A stretch of 32,000 bases of DNA from Halogeometricum borinquense DSM 11551 (GTDB lineage: Archaea > Halobacteriota > Halobacteria > Halobacteriales > Haloferacaceae): positions 2,100,001-2,132,000 of the forward strand of contig NC_014729.1 in assembly GCF_000172995.2 (NCBI RefSeq), read 5' to 3'. Of the stretch, positions 1-7,993 are shown one piece after another. Each line of letters opens with the position of its first letter. The stretch's first letter is position 1. A program made the position numbers and the translations under genes. The notes under the pieces were generated by a model that was not told the DNA's origin, made no database searches, and saw only the letters and a program-made list of their open reading frames with translations.

Positions 1-819
1 CGGACCGGCGACGACGGCAACGGGGACGCCTGCGCGAACGAGTCGGTCCAACGTCTCGGCCTGCCGCCGTGAGACACCGCCGACAGGGCCGCCCTCGACA
101 AGGACACGAACTCTCACACCGCGATGATGGGCGGCGACGAGTGCGTCCGCAACGCGCGCAGAGGAAAGTGTGTATCCTGCGAGGAAGAGCCGTTCGTCCG
201 CCGAGCGAAGCGTCTCGACGGTGATTGTCGATGCGTCGGGGAGAACAAACGCTGTTGCGTCCGCCGGGCCGGTGGCGACCGGTTCACGCAGGTCGAGTCC
301 CAGCGGTATCCACCGGCCAGTCGAGGCGTTCCAGCGTTCGCCCGCTGGAGCGTCTTCGTAGCGTATCTTGTGGACAGTCGTGCCGTTGCGACGGAGGACG
401 AGACGCTCACCCGCGTTCGAGAGCGAGAGAGCCGTGGAGACGACGGGGGAGGGTGTCAGCGACCGCGTGGTGTTCGGATCCGAGGAGAGAACGACGACAC
501 CGCTCCGGGGCGGGATCGAGAACGACTGTTCTCCGTCAGAGAGCGTGAGATTCGATACGCCGCCGACGCGAACGACGACGAACTCGCCTGTGTCGCCCGC
601 GGTGAGTGGGTTCGGATAGGTGGCGAGAATTTGTGGTGATGCCGCGTTCGATCCGGACTCAGCAGTGGTACTGGCAGCGCTCGTACGTCCAGTAGCGCTA
701 ACGGCTCTCGACGGGTCGGGATCCGAAACGGCGACAGCGGCACCGACGGCGACGCCGCAGGACTGTCCGAGCAACGTACAGACGAGGGCGACGGCGATGA
801 GTCGGCGGGCGTTCGACAC
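1..819 (-). CDS. Secreted lamin-tail-domain (LTD) plus phospholipase-D-like domain protein; C-terminal part lies beyond the window edge
   Basis: The minus-strand frame is open from GTG (819-817) to position 1 with no stop, so it is absent from the ORF track. An in-frame TAG at 843-841 closes it upstream. The translation starts VSNARRLIAVALVCTLLGQSCG (signal-like). It continues ILATYPNPLTAGDTGEFVVVRVGGVSNLTLSDGEQ (LTD signature), then ATAFVLPDAS...ERLFLAGYTLSSARVADALVAAHHRGVRVRVLVEGGP (PLD-like lobe). The HKD motif would lie outside the window. Confidence 0.6.
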   Translation of the reverse strand, partial: MSNARRLIAVALVCTLLGQSCGVAVGAAVAVSDPDPSRAVSATGRTSAASTTAESGSNAASPQILATYPNPLTAGDTGEFVVVRVGGVSNLTLSDGEQSFSIPPRSGVVVLSSDPNTTRSLTPSPVVSTALSLSNAGERLVLRRNGTTVHKIRYEDAPAGERWNASTGRWIPLGLDLREPVATGPADATAFVLPDASTITVETLRSADERLFLAGYTLSSARVADALVAAHHRGVRVRVLVEGGPVGGVSRRQAETLDRLVRAGVPVAVVAGP

Positions 820-944
820 GGGGTCGTTGGCCGCCTCTCCCTACTTGAACCTCAGGAGTGCCGCCCCTCGAATCACAACCAGCAAGAAACACGAGACCTG
901 CAAGAAACGAGCGCGTGCCGGGTTAGGCGTTCTGTGTATTCAGC

Positions 945-2264
945 TTAGGCCGTCGGCGCGTCGGCGTCCGCGTCGCCGAGACGTTCGCGTGCGAGTTCAG
1001 CCTCGTGCTGAACGAGGTATGACTGTTCGTCGGTGTAGTCGGCAGCAGTTTCGAGCGCCTCTTCGGTTCCGATCTGGCGGAGTGCCCACGCGGCAGCGGC
1101 GCGGACCGTGTTGTCCTCGTCGTCCGCGAGGGTATCGGCGAGCGGGTCGATAGCGCGCGTGTCGCCGAGGAGACCGAGCGCACGTGCTGCGAACGGACGC
1201 ACGTTCTCGTTGTCCATCACGAGTTTGTCGGCAATTGCCTGTGTTGCCTCTGCGGAGCCGATTTCGCCGAGAGCTTTGAACGTCACCTTCTGGAGTGCCG
1301 GGTCGGAGTCGGTGTCAACGTACTCCACCAGCGTCTCGACAGCCTCCGCCGCGTCGGCTCCCATCTTTCCGAGAGCCTTGATGGCCGTCTTGTCACGGCG
1401 CTGAGCGAGTTGGTGCATCTCGTCGAACACCGCCGGGTCGCCCATCCGGACGAACGCCTCCATGCAGTACTCCTGCATGAACTCCGATTGGAGGTTGTCC
1501 TTCGCAAGGAGAATCATATCCGCACGGCCGCGTTTCTCCCACTCTTTGAGAGCGGAGAGTTCCGGCGGGTAGTCTTTGTAGTGACCGAGAACGTCGTAGA
1601 ACCCCTGTGCTTGGAGTTTCTCGTTCGTCTCGAGGTCATCCCATTCTTCGGCGTCTTCGAGACCGGCTTCCAACTCGTCGGTTGCCTCAAGCAGGGAATC
1701 GATGGTCTCTGCGTCCTCGTCGGCGTCCAGTCCGGCGGACTCGACAGCCGAAATGGCGTCATCAAGGGCCGCGGTCAGGGCCGCTTCGTCGTCGCCGGAA
1801 ACCGACACGGAGGCGTCGAGCGTGTCGTTTACGTCGTCCGCAAACGACTCGACAACGTCCACGATTTCACCTTCCCCGCGGTCGGTCCATTGGGTGTCTG
1901 AAATCTTCGACTGTGCCGATTCGATATCGTCCACGACATCCTCGGCGTACGGACCGCGCTGGGATTCGAGGTCGTCTCGAAGGTCCGAAAGACGCGATTC
2001 GAGGTCCGCGCGCGGATCTTCGGCGTCCTCGTCGTCTTCGTCCGGTTCGGGTAGGTCCGCCGCGTCGAGGTCGGATTCGACTGCGTCGAGCGTCGATTCG
2101 ACCTCGTCCAAGTCGGATTCGGTCTCCGCGGCGTCAAGGTCCTCCTCGGCGCTATCTAAGCGTTCGTCCAAGCTCTCGGCCGTGATTTCGTCTGACTCGG
2201 ACGCCGCGGCGGTCTCCGATTTCTCGGAAGTCTCGTCCGGCGTCTCGTCGTCCCCGTCGCTCAT
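945..2264 (-). CDS. HEAT-repeat (PBS-lyase HEAT-like) protein with a long poly-acidic N-terminal region
   Basis: This is ORF 945..2420 trimmed to the ATG at 2264 (MSDGDDETPDE...). A TATA-like ttcgtatac lies about 25 nt upstream on the minus strand. The C-terminal half has repeated HEAT-like units (AIKALGKMGADAAEAVETLVEYV, ALGEIGSAEATQAIADKL, ARALGLLGDTRAIDPLADTL, VRAAAAWALRQIGTEEAL). Confidence 0.8.
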   Translation of the reverse strand: MSDGDDETPDETSEKSETAAASESDEITAESLDERLDSAEEDLDAAETESDLDEVESTLDAVESDLDAADLPEPDEDDEDAEDPRADLESRLSDLRDDLESQRGPYAEDVVDDIESAQSKISDTQWTDRGEGEIVDVVESFADDVNDTLDASVSVSGDDEAALTAALDDAISAVESAGLDADEDAETIDSLLEATDELEAGLEDAEEWDDLETNEKLQAQGFYDVLGHYKDYPPELSALKEWEKRGRADMILLAKDNLQSEFMQEYCMEAFVRMGDPAVFDEMHQLAQRRDKTAIKALGKMGADAAEAVETLVEYVDTDSDPALQKVTFKALGEIGSAEATQAIADKLVMDNENVRPFAARALGLLGDTRAIDPLADTLADDEDNTVRAAAAWALRQIGTEEALETAADYTDEQSYLVQHEAELARERLGDADADAPTA

Positions 2265-2684
2265 ATACTCTGAGTCGGACCGTATACGAAAAGAGCGTTT
2301 CCCTTCGGTTCTGTGGTGACGTCTACGAGTCATCGCTCGTTCGGTTGCACGACATCGTACAGTGCAGTGGATCACAGTTGCAACATACGCACATCGAACG
2401 GAGTACTGGCAGCACAACAACTGACCCGGAGGAAATACCGCGCGGTCGGCTCCCTACCCGCGCTGCGGACCATGACACGAAACCGCAGCGCCGAACACCG
2501 ACCGCACGCTGGTCATCGGAGTTGACTGACGACTGACGACCAGTGTTTGTACTTGCCGCGGCACGCACTTTACCTTGGTGTATGTTTGCATACTCCGCGC
2601 AATGTAGTCAGTCTGCGCGACTCTCACAGCAGGCAGAGCGCTGGAAGGGGAGGACTTTTCATCGCGCGCGCCGCGCCGTTCGAC

Positions 2685-3449
2685 GTGACAGGTCCAACAG
2701 TCGCCGTTCCGCAACTGGCCGTCGCGGATCTCCGACCGGAGCGAAACGTTGCGTCGGTTCGGGAGCGAACCGCCGCTCTCGACGATGCGGTGTGCGTTGC
2801 TCTGTTTCCGGAGTATGCACTGACCGGATTCGTCGCCGACGAGCGCCTCGGTGATGCGGCACTTACGCGGGCGGAGGCGGTCGAGTATCTCACACCAATT
2901 GCCGACGAAAACGATATCGACCTCCTTGCGGGATACGTCGAGCGCGACGGTGCGGCGCTGTACAACGCCGCTGCGTACGTCCGGCCGGACGGATCCCATC
3001 GAATCTACCGAAAACGTCACCTGTGGGGCGGTGAGGAAGCGATGCTCGATACCGGAACCGAATGCGTCGTCGTGGACACGCCTGCCGGCAAAACTGGGCT
3101 TTTGACCTGCTACGATCTGAACTTCGTTGCTGAGAGCGCAGAGATGACCGAGAAACGCGTGGATGCGTTGTTCGTCATCGGCGCGTGGCCCGCAGCGCAC
3201 TCGGAGAACTGGCGGTTGCTCTGTCGCGCTCGCGCCCTCGACGGCGTCCGGTGGGTTGTCGGGGCGGGACGAACTGGCCAACGAGACGTAGCGGGAACCC
3301 GAACTACCCAGTATGCAGGCCGCTCGCTCGTCGTCCGGCCAGACGGTGCTGTCGCGGCGGCGCTCGGACGGGACGAACGCGACCTGGTGTACACGCTCGA
3401 CCGGTCGATTCTCGAAGAACAGCGGGCGTTCGTCGGCGCGGTCGATTAG
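2685..3449 (+). CDS. Carbon-nitrogen hydrolase (nitrilase superfamily)
   Basis: The Glu-Lys-Cys triad contexts are visible: FPEYALTGF, YRKRHLWG, GLLTCYDLNF. The longest ORF starts at TTG 2547. I prefer the in-frame GTG at 2685 (VTGPTVAVPQLAV) because family members start just before the first beta strand and a TATA-like acttttca sits about 27 nt upstream. The start is uncertain. Confidence 0.8.
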   Translation: MTGPTVAVPQLAVADLRPERNVASVRERTAALDDAVCVALFPEYALTGFVADERLGDAALTRAEAVEYLTPIADENDIDLLAGYVERDGAALYNAAAYVRPDGSHRIYRKRHLWGGEEAMLDTGTECVVVDTPAGKTGLLTCYDLNFVAESAEMTEKRVDALFVIGAWPAAHSENWRLLCRARALDGVRWVVGAGRTGQRDVAGTRTTQYAGRSLVVRPDGAVAAALGRDERDLVYTLDRSILEEQRAFVGAVD

Positions 3450-4354
3450 GGAGGGACGGCACCGACGCGACGAACTACGGCTGGCGCGGGCGCTTCGAAT
3501 CGGTCCGGGTGAATACACGAGGCAAACAGTTCCAGCGAGTCAACGAGTCGCGGGCCCGGTCGGTTCACGTAGCCGTTGCCGTCAACGACGTAGACGTTCC
3601 CATCTTGCACCGCTGTCAGATTCGCCCAGCCGTCCTTCGAGCGCAGGTCCGAGATGGCGTCAGTGCCCCGTTCGACGTCGAACCCGCACGGTGCGACGAT
3701 GAGCACTTCGGGGTCGAACGCGCGAACGTCGTCCCAGTGCTGGGGCGTCGAGGGACCGTCAGTTACCAGTCCGGGCGTTCCACCCGCTCGTTCGATCATC
3801 TCTGGCACCCAGTGGCCGCCCGCGATGACCGGGTCCGTCCAGTCGAGGACGGCCGTTCGTGGCCGGTCCATCGCCGCGGCCGCCCGGTCGGTAACACGTT
3901 CGATCCGGGCCTCCAGCTCCGCTCGGAGCGACGCGGCCGTGTCAGACGCGCCGATAGCCTCGCCTACGCGCGTTAGATCATCCAATATGTCCGAAAGCGA
4001 GTGCGGGTCGAGCGTCAACACGTCGGCGTCGATTCCGCGTCGCTCGACGGCCTCGAACACGTCTGAAGCGTCCACCGCGCATACCTCACAGGTCGCCTGC
4101 GTCACGACGAGGTCAGGGTCGAGATCCGCGAGCAGGTCCACGTCGATGTCGTAGGTACTCCCCTCTACGTTTCTGGTCTGTCGGTCGATGTCTGCTGGCG
4201 GCCGGTCGTCGCCGTACTCGATGACAGTACTCGTGAGAACCGGCTTCGCCCGGGCGGCCGGCGGATAGTCGCAACTGTGTGAAACGCCGAGGGGTTCGGC
4301 CCCGAGGCCGTACAGCAGTTCTGTGGCTGAAGGGAGGAGTGAGACGACGCGCAT
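3446..4354 (-). CDS. Periplasmic-binding-protein fold (BtuF/FhuD-like, cobalamin or iron-chelate binding) protein without a signal peptide
   Basis: The N-terminus MRVVSLLPSATELLYGLGAEPLGVSHSCDYP is typical of the BtuF-like family. Further on is WTDPVIAGGHWVPEMIERAGG. Its stop codon overlaps the convergent nitrilase stop (TTAG at 3446-3449). Confidence 0.8.
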   Translation of the reverse strand: MRVVSLLPSATELLYGLGAEPLGVSHSCDYPPAARAKPVLTSTVIEYGDDRPPADIDRQTRNVEGSTYDIDVDLLADLDPDLVVTQATCEVCAVDASDVFEAVERRGIDADVLTLDPHSLSDILDDLTRVGEAIGASDTAASLRAELEARIERVTDRAAAAMDRPRTAVLDWTDPVIAGGHWVPEMIERAGGTPGLVTDGPSTPQHWDDVRAFDPEVLIVAPCGFDVERGTDAISDLRSKDGWANLTAVQDGNVYVVDGNGYVNRPGPRLVDSLELFASCIHPDRFEAPAPAVVRRVGAVPP

Positions 4355-4518
4355 ACACGTCTGTCTCCGGCAAGTGCAAAAATGGGTTCGAAACTGAGGT
4401 CAGTATACGATAGTTCCAGAATATTATTTTGAGAATACCATTGCAGAGTTCTCGATACAGAAAAATATCTTCCTATATGGGAAGGATTAAGTCGGTGGCG
4501 AATTAACAGAGAGTTGTA
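4355..4518. promoter_or_regulatory. AT-rich divergent promoter region between the BtuF-like gene and dps
   Basis: This is the most AT-rich stretch in the first 10 kb. A TATA-like catttttgc (minus strand) lies about 25-30 nt from ATG 4354. The palindrome CTTCC-tatatg-GGAAG (4469-4484) embeds a TATA-like box about 40 nt upstream of the dps ATG. Confidence 0.4.
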
Positions 4519-5073
4519 ATGAGTACCCAGGAAAACGTCCGCAAGCGAGCGGGTGAAGTGGAAGGTAGTGAGGCGCTTCGGATTGACGCAGACCGTGCAG
4601 AGCAGATTGTCAACGCGCTCAACACGGATCTCGCTGCGACGTACGTGCTGTACCATCAGTTGAAAAAGCACCACTGGAACGTCGAGGGCGCGGAGTTCCG
4701 CGACCTTCACCTGTTCTTCGAGGAGGCGTACGAAAACGCCGAGGAGTTCGCCGACGAACTCGCCGAGCGGGTGCAGGCGCTTGGCGGTGTCCCCATCGCC
4801 GGCGGGAAGGCCCTCGAAGAACACGCACCCGTCGAACCCGAAGGGGAGGACGTGTACGACATCCGAACCTCACTCCGAAATGACATGGAGATGTACGGTG
4901 ACATTATCGAGAACCTCCGCGAACACGTCGAACTCGCAGATAGCCTCGGTGACCACGCGACGTCGTACATGCTCCGTGAGAACTTAGAGGATGTCGAAGA
5001 CGACGCACACCACATCGAACACTACCTCGAAGACGACACGCTCGTCACCGAGAGCGCAGTCAACAACGAGTAA
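4519..5073 (+). CDS. dps: DNA starvation/stationary-phase protection protein (Dps-like ferritin)
   Basis: The Dps signature is present: LNTDLAATYVLYHQLKKHHWNVEGAEFRDLHLFFEEAYE...ELAERVQALGG. The length of 184 aa is typical. Confidence 0.95.
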   Translation: MSTQENVRKRAGEVEGSEALRIDADRAEQIVNALNTDLAATYVLYHQLKKHHWNVEGAEFRDLHLFFEEAYENAEEFADELAERVQALGGVPIAGGKALEEHAPVEPEGEDVYDIRTSLRNDMEMYGDIIENLREHVELADSLGDHATSYMLRENLEDVEDDAHHIEHYLEDDTLVTESAVNNE

Positions 5074-5145
5074 CCCGTCTAGGGAACATACCGGTCACTA
5101 ACGCTTTTCGGTCGGTTCGAGAGTAAGAGCCTGTCGGCCGTTCGA

Positions 5146-5307
5146 TTACGGTTCGAGTTCGACCGTCGCGTCGGTCTCGATTGAAATCCACGCGTCGGTG
5201 TTACCGCGTTCAGTAAAGACGGTCCGGTCGGGAGAGGACCGGTGCGCCGCAACCGTCGATTCGGGTTCGTCAGGCCCGTCCAGTTCTTCGCCGTCGAGAT
5301 GTTCCAT
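5146..5307 (-). CDS. Small acidic hypothetical protein (53 aa)
   Basis: ORF 5146..5370 trimmed to the ATG at 5307 (MEHLDGEELDGPDEPESTVAAHRSSPDRTVFTERGNTDAWISIETDATVELEP). Composition and third-position GC look coding. The motif T-V/I-F...AWI resembles small haloarchaeal-specific proteins; this is from memory and not verified. Confidence 0.45.
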   Translation of the reverse strand: MEHLDGEELDGPDEPESTVAAHRSSPDRTVFTERGNTDAWISIETDATVELEP

Positions 5308-5423
5308 ATCACCCTGTGATAGGTCCGAGGATAAGTCTGTTTTGGTCGGCCTAAAATACAGATACCCCACGTTGTGTTCCGGGGCCGGAGGGGGTTTTTC
5401 TATGCCGACAAAACAAGGAGGTG

Positions 5424-6512
5424 ATGACGACCTCGTTGTTCAGTTCTCTCACCCTTCGAGGGACGGAACTCCCGAATCGCGTGATGCTCTCTCCGATGTG
5501 TCAGTACTCCGCTGAGGATGGGATGGCGACCGACTGGCATCTCGTCCATCTTGGCAGTCGCGCCGTCGGTGGAGCAGGCGTCGTGATGACGGAGGCAACC
5601 GCCGTCACGCCCGAAGGGCGAATCTCGCCGCGTGACCTCGGTATCTGGTCGGATACGCACGGCCACGCACTCGAAGATGTCGCATCGTTCATCCGCGAAC
5701 AGGGGAGCGTACCGGCTATCCAACTCGCTCACGCCGGACGGAAGGGCAGCAAGACTCCCCCACAGGAGGGCTCCGAACCGATCCCGGAGTCCGAGGGCGG
5801 CTGGGAAACTGTCGCGCCAAGTGCGGATCCGTACCCCTACGCCGACGGTGCAACGGCGGCAACGCGCAAGATGACCGTAGACGACATCGAAGACCTCATC
5901 GATGCCTTCCGCGCCGCCGCGAAACGCTCTCTCGACGCTGGATTCGAGATTGCGGAAGTTCACGCCGCGCACGGCTACCTGCTGCACGAGTTCCTCTCGC
6001 CCGTGACGAACCACCGCGACGACGACTACGGCGGGTCGTTCGAGAACCGGACGCGACTCGTCCGCGAAATCACTGCCGCCGTCCGCGAGGTGTGGCCCGA
6101 GGACAACCCCGTGTTCGTTCGTCTCTCGGCAACCGACTGGCTTCCGGACCGCGAGTCGTGGGACCTCGACCAGTCGGCCCGTCTCGCCCCGCTTCTCGCG
6201 GACGCGGGCGCGGACCTCATCGACGTGAGTGCAGGTGGTATCCATCCAGATCAGCAGGTCCCCGATACCGGGCCGGGGTATCAGGTCCCCTACGCTGAAC
6301 ACGTGAACGAAGCGACCGAACTCGCCGTCGGCACGGTGGGGAAGATAACCGAACCCGAACAGGCCGACCAGATAATCCGCAACGGATCGGCCGATATAGC
6401 CGCGGTCGGCCGCGAACACCTGCGCAATCCGTACTTCTCACTCGAAGCCGCCCACGAACTCGACGAAGACGTGTCGTGGCCGGTTCAGTACCGCCGCGGA
6501 CGGTTCGAGTAG
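5424..6512 (+). CDS. NADH:flavin oxidoreductase, Old Yellow Enzyme family (YqjM/NamA-like)
   Basis: LRGTELPNRVMLSPMCQYSA...WHLVHLGSRAVGGAGVVMTEATAV and AHGYLLHEFLSPVTNHRDDDYGGSFENR are classic OYE motifs. GTG 5421 is an alternative start. Confidence 0.9.
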   Translation: MTTSLFSSLTLRGTELPNRVMLSPMCQYSAEDGMATDWHLVHLGSRAVGGAGVVMTEATAVTPEGRISPRDLGIWSDTHGHALEDVASFIREQGSVPAIQLAHAGRKGSKTPPQEGSEPIPESEGGWETVAPSADPYPYADGATAATRKMTVDDIEDLIDAFRAAAKRSLDAGFEIAEVHAAHGYLLHEFLSPVTNHRDDDYGGSFENRTRLVREITAAVREVWPEDNPVFVRLSATDWLPDRESWDLDQSARLAPLLADAGADLIDVSAGGIHPDQQVPDTGPGYQVPYAEHVNEATELAVGTVGKITEPEQADQIIRNGSADIAAVGREHLRNPYFSLEAAHELDEDVSWPVQYRRGRFE

Positions 6513-6595
6513 CGAGATCCCACACAGGCCGACGGGGCAGTGTAACGACGCCGCGACGGCGACAGTTTTTCTCTCCGGGCCTCGAAGGAGGGGGT

Positions 6596-7564
6596 ATGAG
6601 CGAGCGACGTGACCCTGACGACGACCTCGCAGACCTCCTTGCGGATCTCGACAGAACGCTCGGCGACCTCCGCCACGAACTCCGCGACCGAGAACGCGGC
6701 CGCGGCAGCAGGAGCGAGAGCGAAGACGACCGGCGGGAGCGACGGCGACGAGGCCGTGGCGACCGCCGGCGGCGAGACGAACCGAGCGAACGCGAGGCCG
6801 ACCGCTACGGCTACCGCCGTCGAGATGATTCTGATCGGTCGCGCGGCCGTGACCGTCCCCTACCGCGTCCGCCGTCGTTCAGCGAGGTGCTGCGATTCAC
6901 TGAAGAGTACACCATCCCGACGGTCATCTCGGTGTTAGAGACGACAATCCGCTCGCTCGAACTGCTCCAGAGCGTCCTCCGGTTGGCCGACCCCGAGCGG
7001 TCGGTGTTCGACGCCGACGACCGGCGACGCTCGACGGCCGAACGGCTCGGGATGACGCGGATGGGCCGAGAAGCCCTCTCAGGCGTGGACCGAGCGCTCG
7101 ACGACCTCGGTGACGCGCTCTCCGACCTCCCACCGGACGCGGAATCGCGTGACATCGTGACTGACGCCCGCGACCTGATGGGCGAGATCGAGGACCGCAT
7201 CGAGGAAGCCGAACGCCAGCGAGAACGCTCGCGGTATGGCTACCGTGAAGACCGCGGTGAGTCGGGCGACCGCACGGACGAGCGCAGCGGAGGACAAGAC
7301 GGACGAGATAGCGGCCGCCGCGACCGCGACAGTTCCCGACGCGACTCGGCAACGAACGCGCCGGTGACTATCGACGTGTCGGACGAACGCGGCGACGGTC
7401 GAACGGAGGATCCGGAAGACGAAACGCCACAGGTGGACGTAGACGCCGAGTTGGAGTCGATACGGAAGGAAGTCCGGGGTGAAGGTGCAGACGATACTGA
7501 AGACGCAGACGTGGATGGCGAAGACGAGGAGACGAGCGACGACAACACGACCGACAACAACTGA
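6596..7564 (+). CDS. Hypothetical Arg/Asp/Glu-rich, largely disordered protein with a short ordered core
   Basis: ORF 6476..7564 trimmed to the ATG at 6596, preceded by gaaggaggggg. The frame is sustained with high third-position GC. No recognisable domain. Confidence 0.6.
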   Translation: MSERRDPDDDLADLLADLDRTLGDLRHELRDRERGRGSRSESEDDRRERRRRGRGDRRRRDEPSEREADRYGYRRRDDSDRSRGRDRPLPRPPSFSEVLRFTEEYTIPTVISVLETTIRSLELLQSVLRLADPERSVFDADDRRRSTAERLGMTRMGREALSGVDRALDDLGDALSDLPPDAESRDIVTDARDLMGEIEDRIEEAERQRERSRYGYREDRGESGDRTDERSGGQDGRDSGRRDRDSSRRDSATNAPVTIDVSDERGDGRTEDPEDETPQVDVDAELESIRKEVRGEGADDTEDADVDGEDEETSDDNTTDNN

Positions 7565-7621
7565 CCTGCAAGAAAGTAGCTGCGAAGCTCCGCTAATCCG
7601 TGAAATTACGCCGTCGCGGCG

Positions 7622-7993
7622 TTAGACTGGTTCGAAGCGGAACCCGTCCCACTCCTGACTCTCTTTCTCCCGAATGCCAGCGTCGGGGTCGCGGAGTTCG
7701 TCGCAGTAGACCGCGCGAACCTCGTCACCGATTTCTACATCGCCGCTCGTGAGTTGGCCGATGGCGCGTACGGGTTCGCCGTCCACGTCGAACTCAACGA
7801 TGGCGAGGTGGTTGGGCTGGCGAACACCCGGCGGTGTCGCCGTTGCGGTCGTCCACGTCACGACTTCGGCCGTGTACTCGCTCAGATCGACCGTTCCGAT
7901 GGGTTCCTCGCCGCCGGGGCCGAGCGGATGACCGGGATAGGTGATGCTCCCGTCGGGGTAGCGGTACGCCTCCATTTCGTGCTCTGCTGTCAT
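7622..7993 (-). CDS. DUF35-type OB-fold protein (thiolase-associated)
   Basis: The OB-fold part is VVTWTTATATPPGVRQPNHLAIVEFDVDGEPVRAIGQL...GDEVRAVY. Its ATG overlaps the upstream thiolase stop (ATGA, 7990-7993), the usual thiolase/DUF35 arrangement in archaea. Confidence 0.85.
   Translation of the reverse strand: MTAEHEMEAYRYPDGSITYPGHPLGPGGEEPIGTVDLSEYTAEVVTWTTATATPPGVRQPNHLAIVEFDVDGEPVRAIGQLTSGDVEIGDEVRAVYCDELRDPDAGIREKESQEWDGFRFEPV

Noticed and set aside
882-908. A direct repeat GCAAGAAAC x2 with an 18-nt period in the HEAT/PLD intergenic region. The 13-mer GACCTGCAAGAAA also recurs at 7564-7576.
   Set aside because: A 13-mer recurrence is expected by chance several times in 32 kb. The local 9-mer repeat probably reflects T-tract terminator or promoter composition. 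No further copies or structure were seen.
124-1153. Several 60-177-aa ORFs on both strands at the window start (124..639, 225..548, 456..743, 620..1153 and others).
   Set aside because: They overlap the uninterrupted minus-strand frame 819..1, which carries recognisable LTD and PLD-like motifs. The listed ORFs have Arg-rich nonsense composition.
2313-2568. Three small ORFs (63-81 aa) in the HEAT/nitrilase intergenic region.
   Set aside because: Third-position GC is only about 60 percent in the frame I counted (ORF 2345..2536). There are no motifs and the frames overlap one another. The region is treated as non-coding and flagged separately.
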